Shown here one piece after another: positions 58,092 to 64,000 of a DNA stretch of 64,000 nt; the first letter of the stretch is position 1, and the number at the start of each line of letters is the position of its first letter. Location: NCBI GenBank assembly GCA_964413375.1, contig CAYPSI010000070.1, positions 4,323-68,322 of the forward strand. Direction: 5' to 3'. The notes below the pieces were generated by a model, which did not search any database, was not told where the DNA came from, and saw only the letters and a list, made by a program, of their open reading frames with translations. This stretch comes from an uncultured Spirochaetales bacterium. Lineage in GTDB: Bacteria; Myxococcota_A; UBA9160; SMWR01. A program made the translations under genes and the position numbers.

Positions 58092-59192
58092 ATGGACTTC
58101 CGCCCGAGCGAAGAGCAGACGGCGCTGTGCGAGCTCGCGCGCGAGATCCTCGCGAAGGAAGTGACGCAAGAACGCCTGCGAAAGGCCGAGCGCTCGGCCG
58201 AATGGTTCGACCGCGAGCTGTGGGCGCGCCTCGCGGAAGCGAACCTGCTCGGTGTCGCGGTGCCCGAGGCGCAGGGCGGCATCGGGCTGGGATTCTTCGA
58301 GCTCTGCGCGCTCCTCGTCGAGCTCGGGCGCGCGGTGTCGCCGCTGCCGGCTCTGCCGGCGCTCGCGATGGGCGGGCTCGCGATCGCTCGCTTCGGAAGC
58401 GAGGCGCAGCGCGAGCGCTGGCTCGTGCCGCTCGCGCGCGGCGAGCTCGTGCTGACGGCGGCGCTCGAGCCGGGCCCGGTCGTGCGCGCGCACGGCGAGG
58501 GCTCGGGCTTCGCCCTCGAGGGCTCAGGCGCGTGGGTGCCGGCCGTGCACCTGGCGGAGCGCGTCCTCGTCCCCGCGCAGGGCGAGTCGGGGGTGTGCGT
58601 CTTCCTCGTCGACCCGGCTGCGCCCGGCGTCTCGCTGCTCCGCCAGACGACATCTCGCGGCGAGCCGCTCTTCGGCCTCGAGCTCGCAGGCGTTCGCGTC
58701 GCAGCGGACGACGTGCTCGAAGGCCCCGGGATCGAGGCCTGGATGACCGAGCGCGCGCGGGTTGCGCTCGCCGCGACGCAGGTCGGGGTCTCGGAGCGCG
58801 CGCTCGAGATCACGACCCATTACCTGCGCGAGCGCGAGCAGTTCGGAGCGCCGCTGGGCGCGCTCCAGGCCGTACAACAGCGCTGCGCGGACTGCTTCAT
58901 CGATCTCGAGTGCCTGCGCGGCGTTACCTGGAAGGCCGCCTACGAGCTCGCACAGGATCGCCCGGCCGCACGCGACGCCTGGATCGCGAAGTTCTGGGCG
59001 GCGGAGGCCGGCTCGCGCATCGCCACGGCCACGCAGCACCTGCACGGCGGCATGGGCGCGGACGTCGACTACCCGATCCACCGCCACTTCCTGTGGAGCA
59101 AGAGTCTCGAACTGGCACTCGGCGCCGCGCTACCGCAGCTCGTGGAGCTCGGCCGCGACATGGCCCGGACGGGGCCGGAGGCACGCACGTGA
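58092..59192 (+). CDS. acyl-CoA dehydrogenase family protein (cluster subunit 2)
   Basis: 366 aa with an ACAD fold (LLGVAVPEAQGG, FGAPLGALQAVQQR, HLHGGMGADVDYP). Possibly the non-catalytic partner of a heteromeric ACAD. Confidence 0.8.
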   Translation: MDFRPSEEQTALCELAREILAKEVTQERLRKAERSAEWFDRELWARLAEANLLGVAVPEAQGGIGLGFFELCALLVELGRAVSPLPALPALAMGGLAIARFGSEAQRERWLVPLARGELVLTAALEPGPVVRAHGEGSGFALEGSGAWVPAVHLAERVLVPAQGESGVCVFLVDPAAPGVSLLRQTTSRGEPLFGLELAGVRVAADDVLEGPGIEAWMTERARVALAATQVGVSERALEITTHYLREREQFGAPLGALQAVQQRCADCFIDLECLRGVTWKAAYELAQDRPAARDAWIAKFWAAEAGSRIATATQHLHGGMGADVDYPIHRHFLWSKSLELALGAALPQLVELGRDMARTGPEART

Positions 59193-59596
59193 AGGACCTG
59201 AAGCTCTCGCAGGTCTCGGTGGGAGACGAGCTGCCGTCGCTCGCAATCCCGCTCACCACGAGCCTCATCGTGGGCGGGGCCCTCGCCTCGCGCGACTTCA
59301 CGCCGGTTCACCACGACCGCTCCGCCGCTCAGGCGGTCGGCATGCCCGACATCTTCATGAACATCCTCACGACGGGCGGCCTCCTCGGCCGCTACGTCAG
59401 CGATTGGGCCGGCCCGAACGCGGCGATCCGCGGCGTGAAGATCCGGCTCGGTACCCCGAACCACCCGGGCGACACGATGACCTTCACCGCAAAGGTCGCC
59501 GCCAAGCAGGGCGACGAGGTGAAGCTCGACGTCATCGGAAGGAACGCCTGGGGCAACCACGTGACCGCGACCGTCCGCGTCGCGCTGCCGGAGTAG
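59189..59596 (+). CDS. MaoC-like (R)-hydratase hotdog protein (ChsH1-like)
   Basis: GTG 59189 overlaps the upstream stop (GTGA). 135 aa with RDFTPVHHD and PGDTMTFTAKV. Confidence 0.8.
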   Translation: MKDLKLSQVSVGDELPSLAIPLTTSLIVGGALASRDFTPVHHDRSAAQAVGMPDIFMNILTTGGLLGRYVSDWAGPNAAIRGVKIRLGTPNHPGDTMTFTAKVAAKQGDEVKLDVIGRNAWGNHVTATVRVALPE

Positions 59597-59600
59597 CCCG

Positions 59601-62019
<2,419 letters not shown>

Positions 62020-62039
62020 GCCAGGGGAGCGTTGGAACC

Positions 62040-62960
62040 ATGAACGGGGAGCTCGAAGGAAAGGTTGCGATCGTGACGGGTGCGGGCACCGGCCTCGGCC
62101 GGCTCCACGCGCTGAAGCTCGCGAGCATGGGTGCCGCGGTCGTCGTGAACGACCTCGGCGCAGCGGTGGACGGCGCCGGGCGCGACGAGTCGAAGGCCCG
62201 CGCCGTGGTCGAGGAGATCGAGAAGTCGGGGGGGCGCGCCATCGCGCACTTCGGAGACGTCGCGGACTGGAAGACCGCCGACGAGATGGTGCAAAGCGCC
62301 GTGGACGGTTTCGGAGATCTGCACATCCTCGTGAACAACGCCGGCTTCACGCGCGACGCCACGATCTTCAACATCGGCGAGGAGGAGTTCGACTCCGTCG
62401 TGCGGGTGCACCTGAAGGGCCACTTCGCGCCCAGCAAGTTCGCCTGCATCTACTGGCGCGAGCGCGCCAAGCGGACGGGCGGCACGGTCTACGGCCGGCT
62501 CCTCTCGACCGCCAGCGAGTCCTTTCTCTTCGGCAACCCCGGGCAGCCGAACTACGCGGCGGCCAAGGCCGGCATCACCTCCTTCACGATGGGGATCGCG
62601 CAGCTGATGCTCAAGTACGGCGTCACCGCGAACGTGGTGATGCCGCGCGCGCGCACGCGCATGACCATGCAGGGGCCGAATATCGCCCTCTTCAAGGAGC
62701 CGGAGGGCGGCTTCGACACCTTCCACCCCGAGCACGTGCTCCCGCTCTTCGCCTACCTGTGCACCCCCCGCGCCGCCCGCGTCTCCGGGCAGCTCTTCAT
62801 CGTCTGGGGCCGCGAGATCAAGGTGATCGGTCGCCCCGAGCCGAAGCAGGTCTTCCATGTCGACGACGCCTGGAACATCGACTCCGTGCACGCGAAGCTC
62901 GGACCCTACTTCGACGGGCTCGAGCCCGTGAAGGACGGCTTCAGCGTCCCGCCGATGTAG
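62040..62960 (+). CDS. SDR family oxidoreductase (3-hydroxyacyl-CoA dehydrogenase-like)
   Basis: In-frame tail of ORF 60804..62960, starting at ATG 62040. Contains VAIVTGAGTGLGR, NNAGF and YAAAKAG. Confidence 0.85.
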   Translation: MNGELEGKVAIVTGAGTGLGRLHALKLASMGAAVVVNDLGAAVDGAGRDESKARAVVEEIEKSGGRAIAHFGDVADWKTADEMVQSAVDGFGDLHILVNNAGFTRDATIFNIGEEEFDSVVRVHLKGHFAPSKFACIYWRERAKRTGGTVYGRLLSTASESFLFGNPGQPNYAAAKAGITSFTMGIAQLMLKYGVTANVVMPRARTRMTMQGPNIALFKEPEGGFDTFHPEHVLPLFAYLCTPRAARVSGQLFIVWGREIKVIGRPEPKQVFHVDDAWNIDSVHAKLGPYFDGLEPVKDGFSVPPM

Positions 62961-63082
62961 CTCGAGGCGGCCCGACCGGAGCGGCGAGGCCGGGCGGAGC
63001 CCGCCGGAGCCGGGGACGTGTCGATGGCCTCCCCCGGCGGCCTGCGCTATCCAGTGGGCGCTCGGTCCCGAGACGGATCCGC

Positions 63083-64000
63083 GTGTCCAGCAGCGGCCCC
63101 CTCCCGCGCGCGCCTTCAGGCCCGCCGCGTCTTCTCGACCGCGTGCGCCAGGCGGTGCGGCTGCGCCACATGAGCCGGCGCACCGAAGAGGCCTACGTCG
63201 GCTGGATCCGTCGCTTCATCCTCTTCCATCGCAAGCGCCACCCGAGAGAGATGGGTGCGCCCGAGGTGATCGCGTTCCTCACCGACCTCGCGGTCGAGAG
63301 GCGGGTCGAGGCGTCCACGCAGAACCAGGCGCTCTCCGCGCTGCTCTTCCTGTATCGCGTGATCCTCGACCGCGAGCTCGAAGGCCTCGACGCCGCGGCG
63401 CGCGCGAAGTCCTCGCGCCCGCTCCCGGTGGTGCTCACCCGCGATGAGGTCCGCGCCGTGCTCGCGCAGCTCCGCGAGCCGCACCGCCTGATCGCGACGC
63501 TCCTCTACGCCAGCGGGCTGCGGCTGCTCGAGGGCCTTCGGCTGCGCGTCAAGGACCTCGACCCCGAGCGCCGCCAGCTCATCGTGCGCGACGGCAAGGG
63601 CAACCGCGACCGTCGCGCCCCCTTTCCCGAGCGGCTGCGGGCCCCGATGGAGCGGCACCTCGAACGCGTGCGCGTGCTGCACGAGCGCGACCGCTCGCGC
63701 GGCATCGGCCCGTGGATCCCGGGCGCCCTCGCGGACAAGTACCCGAACGCTCACCTCGAATGGACCTGGTACTGGGTCTTTCCCGCCCAGCGCCCCGGCG
63801 TCGACCCTCGCACCGGGGCCTGCTTTCGCCATCACCTGCACGAGACCGCCCTTCAGCGCAGCGTGAAGCAGGCTGCCATCGACGCGAGGATCCCGAAACG
63901 CGTGACCTGTCACACTTTCCGACACTCCTTTGCGACGCACCTGCTCGAGGACGGCTCCGACATCCGCACGGTGCAGCAGCTGCTCGGACACCGCGACCTG
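63083..64000 (+). CDS. intI: integron integrase IntI (3' end runs off the window)
   Basis: Not in the ORF track. Hand translation from GTG 63083 gives LLDRVRQAVRLRHMSRRTEEAYVGWIRRFILFH..ASTQNQALSALLFLY..LLYASGLRLLEGLRLRVKDLD..DGKGNRDR, the IntI-specific insertion ALADKYPNAHLEWTWYWVFPAQ, then CHTFRHSFATHLLEDG..IRTVQQLLGHRDL. The frame is open to position 64000. Confidence 0.85.
   Translation, partial: MSSSGPLPRAPSGPPRLLDRVRQAVRLRHMSRRTEEAYVGWIRRFILFHRKRHPREMGAPEVIAFLTDLAVERRVEASTQNQALSALLFLYRVILDRELEGLDAAARAKSSRPLPVVLTRDEVRAVLAQLREPHRLIATLLYASGLRLLEGLRLRVKDLDPERRQLIVRDGKGNRDRRAPFPERLRAPMERHLERVRVLHERDRSRGIGPWIPGALADKYPNAHLEWTWYWVFPAQRPGVDPRTGACFRHHLHETALQRSVKQAAIDARIPKRVTCHTFRHSFATHLLEDGSDIRTVQQLLGHRDL

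Noticed and set aside
63116-63991. A 291-aa minus-strand ORF covers the right end of the window.
   Set aside because: It is antisense to a plus-strand reading frame that carries unmistakable integron-integrase motifs. Its own translation has no recognisable family and an antisense-type composition.

Overview
This is a very GC-rich bacterial chromosomal segment, judged by eye with nothing computed. It is densely packed with about 62 protein-coding genes on both strands. I found no rRNA, tRNA or CRISPR array.

Because of the GC content, the six-frame track is full of long spurious ORFs (up to 1,507 aa) that lie antisense or out of frame to the real genes, or that read through intergenic repeats. 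I trimmed or discarded them using family motifs, GGAGG-type RBS boxes, start/stop overlaps and repeat boundaries. Two edge genes are missing from the track and were translated by hand: an alpha/beta hydrolase at 1-643 (-) and an integron integrase at 63083-64000 (+).

Gene content is mostly housekeeping plus lipid and acyl-CoA catabolism:
- Housekeeping: lgt, class II RNR nrdJ, typA, nagZ, aat, GTP-PEPCK, nth, sppA, ETF-QO.
- Catabolism: three acyl-CoA dehydrogenases, thiolase-like/DUF35 pairs, a CaiB CoA-transferase and SDRs.
- Possible F420 use: npdG, and an LLM-class oxidoreductase whose cofactor I could not determine.

I cannot point to one clear-cut new multi-gene system. The strongest signals that annotation does not explain are:
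1. A modular GC-rich dispersed repeat at 13 loci, including one in-frame copy inside a dienelactone hydrolase gene.
2. A 707-nt ORF-free, highly structured region upstream of nrdJ that contains seven exactly 11-bp-phased copies of CTCGGGACA.
3. An ArsR-centred divergon with a perfect palindromic operator, arsI/cadI, an SPL-like radical-SAM protein with an atypical Cys motif, and an EEP / COG0523 GTPase / cytochrome c gene string.
4. A cytosolic SF2 helicase translationally coupled between two exported sulfatase-like proteins.
5. A ChsH1/ChsH2/Ltp2-type side-chain cleavage cluster that abuts the edge-truncated integron integrase, with no recognisable attI or attC.
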